DNA from: Verrucomicrobiota bacterium
GTDB taxonomy: Bacteria; Verrucomicrobiota; Verrucomicrobiia; Limisphaerales; CANJXF01
Reading direction: 5' to 3'
Length of the DNA stretch: 64,000 bases
NCBI GenBank assembly: GCA_038214755.1
Contig: JBBQRQ010000003.1
Span: 32,001 to 96,000 of the forward strand
Shown one piece after another: positions 10,915 to 20,688 of this stretch. Position numbers and translations under genes: made by a program. The first letter of the stretch is position 1. Each line of letters starts with the position of its first letter. The notes under the pieces are model-generated. The model searched no databases, was not told the DNA's origin, and saw only the letters and a list, made by a program, of their open reading frames with translations.

Positions 10915-11175
10915 GCATCTCACTTTCTTGCAACTTTCTTTCGTCCCGGAGGGGCGTTTGAGAATAGCCCGGCGTTTCAACGCCGGGTTGGCGTTATACA
11001 TTGGAGAAGTCCCGGAGGGACGGCTGAGAGGCGGAGAGGACTCCTTGGCAATCGTTTTTTCAGCCGTCCCTTCGGGACTCGTTCTGTTTCCACCACGATC
11101 CGGCGTTGAAACGCCGGGTTATTTTCGATTGTCGGACAACCGCACTGGCGAACATCTTGCAAAAAATTGAGATGC
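10915..11175. mobile_element. MITE-like composite: outer IR GCATCTCA..TTGCAA enclosing a GTCCCGGAGGGACG-family palindrome array
   Basis: gcatctcactttcttgcaa ... ttgcaaaaaattgagatgc; inner cccggcgtttcaacgccggg and gtcccggagggacggctga / tcagccgtcccttcgggac; related copy at 41700-41972. Confidence 0.72.
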
Positions 11176-11197
11176 ACTGTTCGCGCGACGTTATGCG

Positions 11198-11344
11198 GCG
11201 CATCTCACCAAATTGCAGGTTTCGATTCTCGAAAGAGGTGGCAACGGAACGCCGATCTCCTGATCGGCATTGGGAACCCTCCATCTTTCCGCGAGCCGAT
11301 CCGGAGATCGGCGTTCCGTTAATTTTGCAAAAATTGAGATGCGC
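11198..11344. mobile_element. MITE-like composite: same outer IR enclosing a GGAACGCCGATC-family doublet
   Basis: gcgcatctcaccaaattgca ... tgcaaaaattgagatgcgc; inner aacggaacgccgatctcc / ggagatcggcgttccgtt. Confidence 0.68.
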
Positions 11345-11476
11345 TCGAGGTTTGTAAAATTTGGGGAACGCGGATGGTCTGCAACACAGCGTGCCTCCTG
11401 CTCAATTATCCAATTCACCGCGCGAATTTTTTTTAATTTTTTGCAATTTGCCGCGCTCTGTTTCAATGTCTGGGCC

Positions 11477-11851
11477 ATGACTGAACCGCTGGCTCTGGTG
11501 TTTTACGAAAAATTGCTGCCCGGCCAACAACTGGTCAATCGTTTGCAGGATTTGGGCTATCGCGTCGAGGCCGTGACGGACGCGGCGTTGCTGGAAGAAC
11601 AGGCGCAACAACAAAGCCCGATGCTGCTCGTCGCAGAATTTCCCGCCGAGAAAAGTGCCGTGCCCGATGTTGTTACCGCGTTGAAAAAAAATCCGGCGAC
11701 CGCGCACATTCCGGTGCTCGCCTATGTGGTGGAAGCCAGTCCGGCGTTTCAGGAAATTGCCCGGAACGCCGGGGCAAATTTAATTGCCAGCGAGGCGCAT
11801 GTCCTCGATCAATTGCCTCAATTGCTCGAACAAGTTTTACGGCTGGACTAA
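11477..11851 (+). CDS. Stand-alone atypical receiver-domain protein
   Basis: Receiver-like pattern RLQDLGYRV..P.LLVAE..LKKNPATAHIPVLA..AR.AGA; the canonical Asp positions are not conserved. Confidence 0.72.
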   Translation: MTEPLALVFYEKLLPGQQLVNRLQDLGYRVEAVTDAALLEEQAQQQSPMLLVAEFPAEKSAVPDVVTALKKNPATAHIPVLAYVVEASPAFQEIARNAGANLIASEAHVLDQLPQLLEQVLRLD

Positions 11852-11891
11852 AAGATTCCTCAACCGAGATTCGAATTCGTCACTTCAAAAT

Positions 11892-12707
11892 ATGTCTATC
11901 CCCGTCGTCAAACTGGATCGCGGCATTCACGCAATACATCTGTTTTATCGGATTGATCGCGTTCGCTGGACGCAATTACCGGCCGGCGAATCGCAAAGGA
12001 CCCGTGAAAAACTGGAGAAACTTTGCTCGGCGAATTCCGCCGTGTCGCATCCGCAATTGCGAAGTTACGCGACGGTCGGCGGCAAAGCAGACCTCGCATT
12101 TTTTCTCCTTGCCGCTGAGTTGGCGCAGATCAGCCAATTGCATCGCGATTTGGAAAATTGTTTTCCCGCCGGAACATTGGTTTCCGTTTTCAGTTATCTC
12201 AGCGTGACGGAGCTTTCCGAATACATGACGAGCGATGAGGAAAATCAGCGGATGCTTTTGCTCGAAGAAAAATTATTGCCCGACTCCGACGAATTCAAGA
12301 AACGCCTCGCCGAAATTCGCGACCGCATGGCCAAGTACGAACATTACCGGCTGTATCCAGAGTTGCCCGATTGGGAAGTGATGGGTTTTTATCCGATGAG
12401 CAAACGGCGCCTGGGAAATGACAATTGGTATTCTCAGGATTTCGCCACGCGCAAAAAATTGATGGCCGGACACGCGCGAGTCGGGCGAAAATTTTCCGGC
12501 CGCATTTCCCAACTCATTACCGGCTCGACGGGTCTCGACGATTGGGAATGGGGCGTCACTTTGATGGCCCATCAGGTCGACGCGCTCAAAGATATTGTTT
12601 ACGAAATGCGTTTCGATGAAGTGACCGCGCGCTTCGGCGACTTCGGGCCTTTCCACGTAAATCTGCGTTTGTCTCCCGAAGATTTGTGGGCGCATTTGCA
12701 TTTGTGA
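11892..12707 (+). CDS. hemQ: Coproheme decarboxylase / chlorite dismutase-like heme protein
   Basis: SYLSVTELSEY, FYPMSKRRLGNDNWY, HARVGRKF, ITGSTGLDDWEWGVTL, VYEMRFDE. Confidence 0.88.
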   Translation: MSIPVVKLDRGIHAIHLFYRIDRVRWTQLPAGESQRTREKLEKLCSANSAVSHPQLRSYATVGGKADLAFFLLAAELAQISQLHRDLENCFPAGTLVSVFSYLSVTELSEYMTSDEENQRMLLLEEKLLPDSDEFKKRLAEIRDRMAKYEHYRLYPELPDWEVMGFYPMSKRRLGNDNWYSQDFATRKKLMAGHARVGRKFSGRISQLITGSTGLDDWEWGVTLMAHQVDALKDIVYEMRFDEVTARFGDFGPFHVNLRLSPEDLWAHLHL

Positions 12708-12856
12708 AATTCTCAAAGGTGGAGCGGAATTCCCCCAAAGTAGCGCGAGACTCCGTCAAGCCCTGACATTTTCCTCCCGCGCAAAAATTTTAAGATTGAT
12801 CTGGACGAAATCGCGCTCCGCCGTTTTTTGCTAGCGGACAAAGCCTTCCTCATTCC

Positions 12857-13942
12857 TTGAGAATTGGTTTGCCCTGCGCGGGGAAATCGCGGTTTACTGG
12901 AGCGGTGATTGACGAGTTTGTCCCCGACATCGACATTCTAAATTCCGAAGGCGCAATCCAGCACCGGCTGCATCAGCGCGCGGCCAGTGTCGCCTTGGAG
13001 CAATTTGGCCGTCGCGTTTTTATCCGCGCCGTGGTCGAGATCTCGAATTTTTGCCGCGAGAATTGTTCTTACTGCGGGATGCGTCGGGACAATCGCACCC
13101 TCGCCCGCTTTCGGGCGCACCATGAACAAATCGCTCAACTGCTCATTCATCATCGGCCCAAAAGTGTGACCGATGTAAACATTCAAGCTGGCGAGGATCC
13201 GGTGGGGGTTCGCGAAATTGTCATCCCGCTGATCAGGACACTTCGCCGTGAAACCTCCCTCGGCATCAGCGTTTGTCTTGGCAGCCTGAATCCAATTCTT
13301 TACTCCGAACTGCAAGCGGCGGGCGCTTCCATTTATATCATCAAGTTTGAAATCGGAGATCCCGCCCATTACCGCGAAATGTTGGCGCCCGGAACCTATG
13401 CAGAACGAATTGAAAATATTCGTTATCTCGCCGGACACGGCTGGAAAGTCAGTTCCGGTTTTATCGCAGGATTGCCCGGCCAAACTGCAAATCGTCTGCT
13501 CGCTAATTTTAAATTGGCGCGTGAGTTGCCCCTTGATGGATGCAGTGTGAGTCCATTTATTCCCGGCGACGAAACGCCCTTGAGCACCGAGCCGACGGCC
13601 AGCATTGATTTGACTTTGAATTGCATGGCATCGCTTCGTTTGATGCGCCCGGACTGGGTCATTCCCGCCGTCAGCGCGTTGAATCTGGCGGAACCGGGAT
13701 GTGGCTATCAACGCGGGCTCCGCACTGGCGCAAATTTGGTCACGATTAACCTGACTCCATCGGAAATGCGGGACGATTATCTCCTCTACAAACGCGATCG
13801 GTTCATTATGACCGAGGAAAAAATTCTTTCCGCAATTTCTGCCGAAAGTTTGGTTCCATCGCAGCAAAGTCTCTCCGAATTTTATCGGGCGCAAAATCCG
13901 ACGGCGATTTTTTCCCGCCCATCCATCGCGGCTCTCGCCTAG
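12857..13942 (+). CDS. Radical SAM enzyme, BioB/HydE/PylB (BATS) family, HydE-like; true start probably GTG 12905
   Basis: RAVVEISNFCRENCSYCGMRRDN (CxxxCxxC), GFIAGLPGQT, SPFIPGDETPL, GANLVTINLTP, YLLY. Confidence 0.85.
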   Translation: MRIGLPCAGKSRFTGAVIDEFVPDIDILNSEGAIQHRLHQRAASVALEQFGRRVFIRAVVEISNFCRENCSYCGMRRDNRTLARFRAHHEQIAQLLIHHRPKSVTDVNIQAGEDPVGVREIVIPLIRTLRRETSLGISVCLGSLNPILYSELQAAGASIYIIKFEIGDPAHYREMLAPGTYAERIENIRYLAGHGWKVSSGFIAGLPGQTANRLLANFKLARELPLDGCSVSPFIPGDETPLSTEPTASIDLTLNCMASLRLMRPDWVIPAVSALNLAEPGCGYQRGLRTGANLVTINLTPSEMRDDYLLYKRDRFIMTEEKILSAISAESLVPSQQSLSEFYRAQNPTAIFSRPSIAALA

Positions 13943-13952
13943 CTGACTGTGA

Positions 13953-14049
13953 GGAGCGCGGACAGCCTTGTCCGCGCGAATTCAGAGGAATGAAAAACGC
14001 TTAGGTTTTCGTCTATTTCAAAACGCACAGACAAGGCTGTCCGCGCTCC
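13953..14049. repeat. REP-like inverted doublet (GGAGCGCGGACAGCCTTGTCCGCG family)
   Basis: ggagcgcggacagccttgtccgcg ... cgcacagacaaggctgtccgcgctcc. Confidence 0.75.
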
Positions 14050-14091
14050 ACTTGGTTTGGTCACGGCCCAGGATGCGTCCCGAATGAACGA

Positions 14092-14300
14092 GTGTGATTC
14101 AAACTGGCGGTCAGTTGCTCGGTTGTAGCGCAGGATTGCATCCTGCCGTATCGCAGGTTTTCAACCTGCGTGATGTCGCGAGAACGGGAGGCCTTCGGGA
14201 ACCAGAGACTTTTTATCGTTGCGACATTCAGCCGGTTTCAAACCGGCGATAGGGCTGGATGCAATCCTGCGCTACGTTTGACCGCCACTTGAAATCACAC
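14092..14300. mobile_element. MITE-like composite: outer IR GTGTGATT..GGCGGTCA enclosing a GTAGCGCAGG-family REP doublet
   Basis: gtgtgattcaaactggcggtca ... tgaccgccacttgaaatcacac; inner gtagcgcaggattgcatcc / ggatgcaatcctgcgctac. Confidence 0.7.
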
Positions 14301-14358
14301 CCGGAATGAAGTGTCTTCTTTCTTTTTTGGTGGGAGGCATTTACCTTTTCGCAAAGCC

Positions 14359-14691
14359 ATGTTGCACGAAACCATTTCAAAAATCGAAGCCAAACTCCGA
14401 ACGGCCAATTCAATCAAGGAGGAACATCGATCAGAACTTCTCGGTCTCCTTTCCACTCTGAAAAATGAAGTCGGCGCTCTCTCGCGCACCCACGATGAGC
14501 AGGCGCAAAGCATTGCCGGTTTCGCCGAACTTTCCGCGCACGAAGCGACCCGCGCGAAAAAAGATCCAGAGTTATTGAAGGTTTCTCTGCAAGGACTCGC
14601 CTCCTCGGTGGATGGATTTGAGAAATCTCATCCAGAACTGGTGGGCATTGTGAATCGCATTTGCACGACGCTCTCGAACATGGGTATTTAA
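14359..14691 (+). CDS. DUF4404-like small protein
   Basis: C-terminal SVDGFEKSHPELVGIVNRICTTLSNMGI typical of this family. Confidence 0.8.
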   Translation: MLHETISKIEAKLRTANSIKEEHRSELLGLLSTLKNEVGALSRTHDEQAQSIAGFAELSAHEATRAKKDPELLKVSLQGLASSVDGFEKSHPELVGIVNRICTTLSNMGI

Positions 14692-14725
14692 AAAAGAACC
14701 GCGGCAAAAGCCGCGGCTCCTTTTA
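14690..14725. terminator. Probable bidirectional intrinsic terminator
   Basis: A-run, ccgcggc-aaaa-gccgcgg hairpin, T-run, between convergent genes. Confidence 0.65.
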
Positions 14726-14781
14726 CTAATTCACAACGCTGGAACAACGCCGAGTGGGTCAGGTTCCGCGACGCTTGGGAG

Positions 14782-15399
14782 TTATTTCACTTCGAGACGA
14801 TTATCGACAGAGGTAACGCCGGAAACCGCTTTGGCCTGCGTTTCGAGATTTTGTTTTTCAGTTTCACTGCGCACGGCGCCTTTCAACGTCACCTTTCCAT
14901 CCCGGGTGATGATGGTGATATTTTTGGCGGCGATAGAATTGTCCGTTCCCAGCGAGTTGACAATGGTCCGCCGAATATCCCGGGTGATTTGTCGATCAGC
15001 GTCAGACTTGCCTTGATCTTGAGCGGTCAACCCAGTGGATTTCGTATTCGCAGTGCCAGCGGCCTCGTCGATTTTTACTTGAGAATTGACCCCAGCTTTT
15101 GCCGCGTCAGCTTGCGCTTCGACTCGTTTCTTCTCTTCGTTGATCTGAGCTTTTTGCGCGTCGGACAATTCTTCGATTTGTTTTTTCTCGGCTTTGGCTT
15201 GCGCGTTTATTTGGGACTTCGCCTGATCGGAGGCCTGCTCAATATTTTTTTTCTCCTGATTCAGCGCTTCCTTTTGCGCATCTTTGGATTGCTCGATTTG
15301 ATCCTTCTCGGTCTTGGCCGACTCTTTCACTCCATTGTCCTGTTTATTGCAGCCCACGAGAGCCAATGAGGCTGTGGCTAGAACGATTATCTTTTTCAT
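14782..15399 (-). CDS. BON-domain lipoprotein with coiled-coil N-terminal region
   Basis: Lipobox LALVGC after MKKII; AGGAG RBS; C-terminal ITIITRDGKVTLKGAV..VSGVTSVDNRLEV. Confidence 0.88.
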   Translation of the reverse strand: MKKIIVLATASLALVGCNKQDNGVKESAKTEKDQIEQSKDAQKEALNQEKKNIEQASDQAKSQINAQAKAEKKQIEELSDAQKAQINEEKKRVEAQADAAKAGVNSQVKIDEAAGTANTKSTGLTAQDQGKSDADRQITRDIRRTIVNSLGTDNSIAAKNITIITRDGKVTLKGAVRSETEKQNLETQAKAVSGVTSVDNRLEVK

Positions 15400-15679
15400 G
15401 TTGCTCCTTTTTAAGTTATTTTGTTGCGACCTATTGATCATAGCATCACGGCGAGAAACGATTCGGTTCAAGAGGCGAAGCCCTGTTTTTTTATCGGGGA
15501 GAAAACTGACAGGGCGATGAGCAACACGGCGTCAGTCGATTGTATTTGTTTTTAGCCATTGCGAGACGACGCGAAAATTGAAGCAGCCAAAAGCGGGTTC
15601 CGGCTCCAACTCACTGAATCAAGAAACAGAACTATGGCGATCCCCGGGTGTTGAGTTCGCTCGAAGAATTTGAAACGCG

Positions 15680-18600
15680 CTATTTTGCCGTGACAATCTC
15701 CAGCGTCTCCTCGCGGGTGTGCGGCGCGTCTTCTTCCGCTTCGATGGAATCGCTCGCGGTCATGTTGACCAGCGACATCGCCGTGTGATCGGTTACGTCT
15801 TTTTCCGCTTTATGGAATTTCACACTCACGATTTTGCTCACGCCATGTTCCTGCATCGTCACGCCATACAAAACGTCCGCCATGCCGATCGTGCGTTTGT
15901 TGTGGGTGATGATGACGAATTGTGAGTGCGCGAGGAAACGTTGCAGCACGCGCACAAACCGATTGATGTTTGATTCGTCGAGTGGCGCGTCCAATTCGTC
16001 GAGCACGCAGAACGGGCTGGGCTTCACCTGGTAAATCGAGAAGAGCAGCGCGACGGCGGTCATCGTTTGTTCGCCCCCGGACAAAAGTGAAATGGTCTGC
16101 AATTGTTTCCCCGGAGGACGCGCCACGATGTCGATGCCGCTTTCCAAAACATCACCTTCATTCACAAGAATCAAATCCGCTTTTCCACCGCCGAAAATTT
16201 CGGTGAACAACAACCGGAAGTTGTCGCGGATTTTCTCAAACGTCTCCGCGAACATCTCCTGCGTCTGCGTGTTGATGCGATTGATCACTTCGAGCAATTG
16301 TGTTTTTGCCTGGGTCAAGTCGTCGTGTTGCGTGGTGAGGAAGGTGTGGCGCTGTTCGGTTTCTTCGTATTCTTCAATCGCGACAAGATTCACCGGCCCC
16401 ATTTCCTCAATCCGTTTTTGTAACGCGCTGACTTGCTCGGCGACCGCATTCCAATCCGTCGAAGCGCCGTGCGCCGCCATTTCTTCTGGAGTGAGCGTAT
16501 GAATTTTCGCTGCGCCTTCATCGGCGAAAGTAATCGTGATGCACTCGCTGCGAACGTCGTCGAGATTCACCTGATATTTTTGCTGAACTCGTTCGCGCAA
16601 ATTTTGCACCGACATATTTTTCTGCGCCAACTCCACTTCGAGGGAGCCCCGCTGCTGTTGAATTTCACTCAGGCGTCGGCGTTGCTCGCGCAAATTTTCT
16701 TCACGCGTCGAAACTTCGTTGTCCTCCGTTTCCTTCTGTCCCATCAACTCGGCGGCTTGCGTGTTCACTTGATCGCGGTCGTGTTGCAACGAATCAATCT
16801 TCTGACGCGACTCAGCAATTTCCGATTCCGCCTGCGCTTTGCGATTTAGAAACGAAGCGATTTCATTTCGACGCTGCTCGGCGAGATGAGTCAGTTCGCG
16901 AATTCGATTTTCCAATGGCTGTTTCTGATTGCGGAATGACGAACAAAGTTGTTCCTCCGTCGCGAGCGCGACTTTGGTTTCCGTCAAAGCGGTGTTCGCC
17001 GCGTCTCGCTGCTGCCTCAATTGTTCCAGCGCGGCATTAAATTCATTCACCTGCGCCTGGAGTTCGCGCTCGCGATTTTCGAAATCGCCAATTTGCGACG
17101 CCAATGCTTCGCGCTTCTGATTACCTTCCTGCTCCTGCGCTGCGAGACTCGTCACTTCGTAAACCACCGTGTCGATTTTCTGGTGCAACACGCGTTGTGA
17201 ATTTTGCAGCGCGTTGAATTCGCCCTGCCGCGTCGCAATCGCCACTTCCTGCGTGCGCAAATCCGTTTGCGCCTGCTGCAAGCTCGCCTGCAACTCGGTC
17301 TGTTCGTTGAGCAACGCGCCTTTGTTGCGGCTGATTTCATTGACCTGTTCTTGCAGTGCGCTCGCCGCAGTTTGCAACTCGGCGATTTGATTTTTGCGTC
17401 CGAGAATCGACGACGCATTTCCAGAACCGTTGCCGTTCGCATTTCCGCCCGTGAAAATTCCGTGGCGATTGAGCAACTCGCCGGTTTGTGTAACGAAATC
17501 AAACGCGCCATTGCTCTCGCGAAAAGCGGAAATGGCCGTGGCTAAATCAGGAACAATCAAAGTCTCTCCGAGCAAACGTTGGAGCAGAGGTTGAATAGAA
17601 GGATCGGCTTCGATGATCCGTAGGGCAGACATTCCTGTCTGCCGGTGCGCGGGACTTCCTAGTCCCGCGTTTTCAGATGGCGCCGTCTCGGAACTGGAGA
17701 CTAGGGAGTCTCCCCCACCGGCAGGCTGGAAAGCCTGCCCTACGAGTCCGAGCGCCGCAATGCTCGCGCGACCTTTTTTGTTCGCGCTCAAATCCGTCAG
17801 AATTTGCTGCGCGGATTCCGGTTGCTCGGTGAGAACCAGTTGAAGGTTGTGGCCAAGTGCGGCTTCGACCGCGACGACATATTCGTTGGGGACTTTGATT
17901 TTGTCTGCGAGCGAGCCGAGAACATTTTGCGCGGTCTTCAAAGCAGCCAAAGTTCCCGCGCTGAAACCTTCATGCGATTCATTCAGTTGTTCGAGCACAT
18001 TGAGCCGCGAACGCTTTTCCGCTTGCTGGCGCAAAACATCGTCAAGCCGTTGCGTGATCTGCGTCAGTTCGATTTGAATTTCCTTCAGACGTTCTTGGCG
18101 TTGTTCGACGGTGCCGCGCTGCGTTTGCACGCTGAGTTTCTCCGCCTCAACATTCGTCGCAAATTCATGCAAGCGCGTTTCGAGGCGTGTGCGTTCTTCT
18201 TCCAACTGAATTTTTTCCGCGGAAAGTTTTTCGAGCCGAACGACGTTGCCTTGCTTCTGCATGTCGAGCGCATTGATTTCGTTGCGGACGCGCGTGAGTT
18301 GTTGCGCGGCGGCGAACAAATCCGACTGCGCTTTGCGAATCGCTTCCTGTTTTGCCGACAATTCACTCTCAACACCTGTGAGCGCAGTACGTTTTGTTTC
18401 CAGATTTTGTTTCTGTTGTTCCAGCGCACTTTGCGACGCCGTCAATTTCTCGGTGACGACCGCGAGTTCCTGTTCCGCCGCGAACCGCCGCTCCTCGGAT
18501 TGCGTGATTTCCGTCAGCGCCTTGTGATTCTGCGATTCGAATTCCCGCAAACGTTCCTCATTGAAATGAATCCGGCTCTCGTGCCGATCAATCTGGCTCT

Positions 18601-19498
18601 TCAATTCCAACCCGCGTTGCTGCGTCTGATTGATCTGCTGCTCCAATTCGGAAAGGCGTTCCCGCAATTGCGCGATTTCATTTTCGCCTCGCAAAACACT
18701 TTCGGAACAAACCTCGATTTCCACGCGCAATTTTTCCACCGACAACTGCCGCTCGCTGATTTCACCCTGCAAAACATCGAACTGATGCCGCGCCAGTTGC
18801 GTGTCGAGATGCTGCAATTCCTGCGCGAGTTGTTTGTAGCGTTTCGCCTTGCCCGCCTGCCGTTGCAACGAACCGATCTGCCGCTTCACTTCGCGAATCA
18901 AATCCGCCACGCGCAAAAGATTTTGGTCGGTGCTTTCCAATTTGCGCAGCGCCTCTTTTTTCTGCGACTTGAACTTCGTGATACCCGCCGCTTCCTCGAA
19001 AACCATCCGGCGATCATCCGGTTTGCTGGAAAGAATCTGCGTAATATTTCCCTGCGCCATGATGCTGTAACTCGTCCGCCCGACGCCCGTGCCCATGAAA
19101 AGTTGCTGAACATCCTTGAGGCGGCACGGCGTTTTGTTGATGAAATATTCGCTGCCGCCATCGCGAAAAACGCGCCGCGTCAAAGTCACTTCGTCGTAAG
19201 CCACCTCCACACCCGCTGTCGTCAGATGTTCGCCATCGACGCCCCCAATCGTCAGGGAAACTTCCGCCATGCCGAGCGGCTTGCGACCGTCCGTGCCGTT
19301 GAAAATCACGTCCGCCATTTCGCCGCCGCGCAACGCCTTGGCCGATTGCTCGCCCAGCACCCAGCGAATCGCGTCCGAAACATTCGATTTGCCACAGCCA
19401 TTCGGCCCGACAATCGCGGTGACGCCGGGCTGGAAATTGAGGGAAGTTTTGTCCGCAAACGACTTGAAACCGAGCACGGTCAAATTCTTCAGATACAT
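15680..19498 (-). CDS. smc: Chromosome segregation protein SMC
   Basis: GFKSFAD, VGPNGCGKSN, long coiled coils, hinge, LLSGGEQT, VLDELDAPLDESN, IITHNK. Confidence 0.97.
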   Translation of the reverse strand: MYLKNLTVLGFKSFADKTSLNFQPGVTAIVGPNGCGKSNVSDAIRWVLGEQSAKALRGGEMADVIFNGTDGRKPLGMAEVSLTIGGVDGEHLTTAGVEVAYDEVTLTRRVFRDGGSEYFINKTPCRLKDVQQLFMGTGVGRTSYSIMAQGNITQILSSKPDDRRMVFEEAAGITKFKSQKKEALRKLESTDQNLLRVADLIREVKRQIGSLQRQAGKAKRYKQLAQELQHLDTQLARHQFDVLQGEISERQLSVEKLRVEIEVCSESVLRGENEIAQLRERLSELEQQINQTQQRGLELKSQIDRHESRIHFNEERLREFESQNHKALTEITQSEERRFAAEQELAVVTEKLTASQSALEQQKQNLETKRTALTGVESELSAKQEAIRKAQSDLFAAAQQLTRVRNEINALDMQKQGNVVRLEKLSAEKIQLEEERTRLETRLHEFATNVEAEKLSVQTQRGTVEQRQERLKEIQIELTQITQRLDDVLRQQAEKRSRLNVLEQLNESHEGFSAGTLAALKTAQNVLGSLADKIKVPNEYVVAVEAALGHNLQLVLTEQPESAQQILTDLSANKKGRASIAALGLVGQAFQPAGGGDSLVSSSETAPSENAGLGSPAHRQTGMSALRIIEADPSIQPLLQRLLGETLIVPDLATAISAFRESNGAFDFVTQTGELLNRHGIFTGGNANGNGSGNASSILGRKNQIAELQTAASALQEQVNEISRNKGALLNEQTELQASLQQAQTDLRTQEVAIATRQGEFNALQNSQRVLHQKIDTVVYEVTSLAAQEQEGNQKREALASQIGDFENRERELQAQVNEFNAALEQLRQQRDAANTALTETKVALATEEQLCSSFRNQKQPLENRIRELTHLAEQRRNEIASFLNRKAQAESEIAESRQKIDSLQHDRDQVNTQAAELMGQKETEDNEVSTREENLREQRRRLSEIQQQRGSLEVELAQKNMSVQNLRERVQQKYQVNLDDVRSECITITFADEGAAKIHTLTPEEMAAHGASTDWNAVAEQVSALQKRIEEMGPVNLVAIEEYEETEQRHTFLTTQHDDLTQAKTQLLEVINRINTQTQEMFAETFEKIRDNFRLLFTEIFGGGKADLILVNEGDVLESGIDIVARPPGKQLQTISLLSGGEQTMTAVALLFSIYQVKPSPFCVLDELDAPLDESNINRFVRVLQRFLAHSQFVIITHNKRTIGMADVLYGVTMQEHGVSKIVSVKFHKAEKDVTDHTAMSLVNMTASDSIEAEEDAPHTREETLEIVTAK
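17619..17744. repeat. REP doublet (GTAGGGCAG family) inserted in-frame in the smc hinge
   Basis: cgtagggcagacattcctgtctgccgg ... ccggcaggctggaaagcctgccctacg; 126 bp; intergenic relatives at 26317-26365 and 36322-36452. Confidence 0.88.
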
Positions 19499-19692
19499 GG
19501 CGAATAAGAAGCCAAAATCGCGAAATAAAGTAAAGTGAAAAACACCATATGAAGGGGTAAGTTGGTTGGAAACGCACAAGTAATGGGCAATTCTCCCAGT
19601 GGCTTAAAAAGCTTCTTCTTTTTCGCACTCGACAAGAACAGCACCCAACACGCTAATCTTGTCTCAAGATATTCAATTCCCCCAACGACGTT

Positions 19693-20688
19693 ATGGCCAT
19701 CGTTCAGAAATATCCACGAATCGACGAACCGGATAAATACGCTGGTTATCTTGACGACAGGAAACTAGTTTCCCATACGGAAACTCTCGAAGAAGACGTT
19801 CTGAAAAAAATCATTGAGCGTTCAGTTGATTACGCCAGTAAAAAATCGAGTCGCGCCATTCTCGAAATCCCAGAGAAAGCCACGGATGAACAAGTACGCG
19901 AAATATATCTTAAAGAGGGAGAATCTCTTCTGATTTATTTCCGGAAGTATTGTGGCGACCCCGCTTCAACGGCCTATGAGTGTCATGGACGGCACTTTTC
20001 CGAAATAGCGAAAGAACAGTTTCACAGTCGGACGCTTCAAAAAGAGCGAATGAACTCTGGTTGGCGTTACCAGCGCATAGCTTACCAATGCGCTGAGGCA
20101 TCTAAGCGCTTCAAATCAGTTTCTGATATCGGTGCCATTGAAGCAGATTTTAATATGACGGTAGAAACGGTGGACTGTCCCGGAATTCCTGTTGTGAATA
20201 TTTACATTTCGGTGAAAAATCGTACGAATACGCTCGGTGGACAGGATTGGCCGAAGGCGATCTACGCACTTGAAGAGGTCGCCTAGAGCGACAAAAACCG
20301 AAGCGGTCCCTACCTTTGTGTTTTTGGTATTGCTATGGAACACGGTCAACGAAATATCAAAAGGAAGCGTAAAACCAAACAGCCCTATTCATTCAACACA
20401 GAGATTTGGCTGTCAGATTTCTTATGGCCATTTGTGGCGAATTATCCTTATGAAGCAATGATGCTCGCTGTGTCAGACTTTTTTGCCGAACAAGGTGTTA
20501 CGATAGAAAACCGAACAATCGGGGTTCCAGTTCCCGACGTATTGATTGAATCTTTTGGCGAAGAATGTCGCAAGCTCGGTCTGGTGGACGGGGAAGGTAA
20601 ATTTAATGATCGGCGAAAGCTGGTAACTTTCTTCTGTACGAAGGCGCAAAAAGCGCTCAGAGTTAAGAAGGCGAAATCACCGACATGA
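19693..20688 (+). pseudogene. Probable type II restriction endonuclease interrupted by an in-frame TAG (20284-20286)
   Basis: ORFs 19693-20286 and 20335-20688 share a frame and read EEVA*SDKNRSGPYLCVFGIAMEH; EADF..ISVKNRTNT resembles a PD-(D/E)xK variant; overlaps the MTase start; lower GC. Confidence 0.65.

Noticed and set aside
10757..11476. Missing rimP upstream of nusA; ORFs in this interval
   Set aside because: rimP absence cannot be judged from one window, and the ORFs are translations of repeat elements.
17804..19507. Long antisense ORFs (567 aa opposite smc; others opposite infB, the radical SAM, lpxC and the transposase)
   Set aside because: Shadow frames of well-supported genes in GC-rich DNA, with no motifs.
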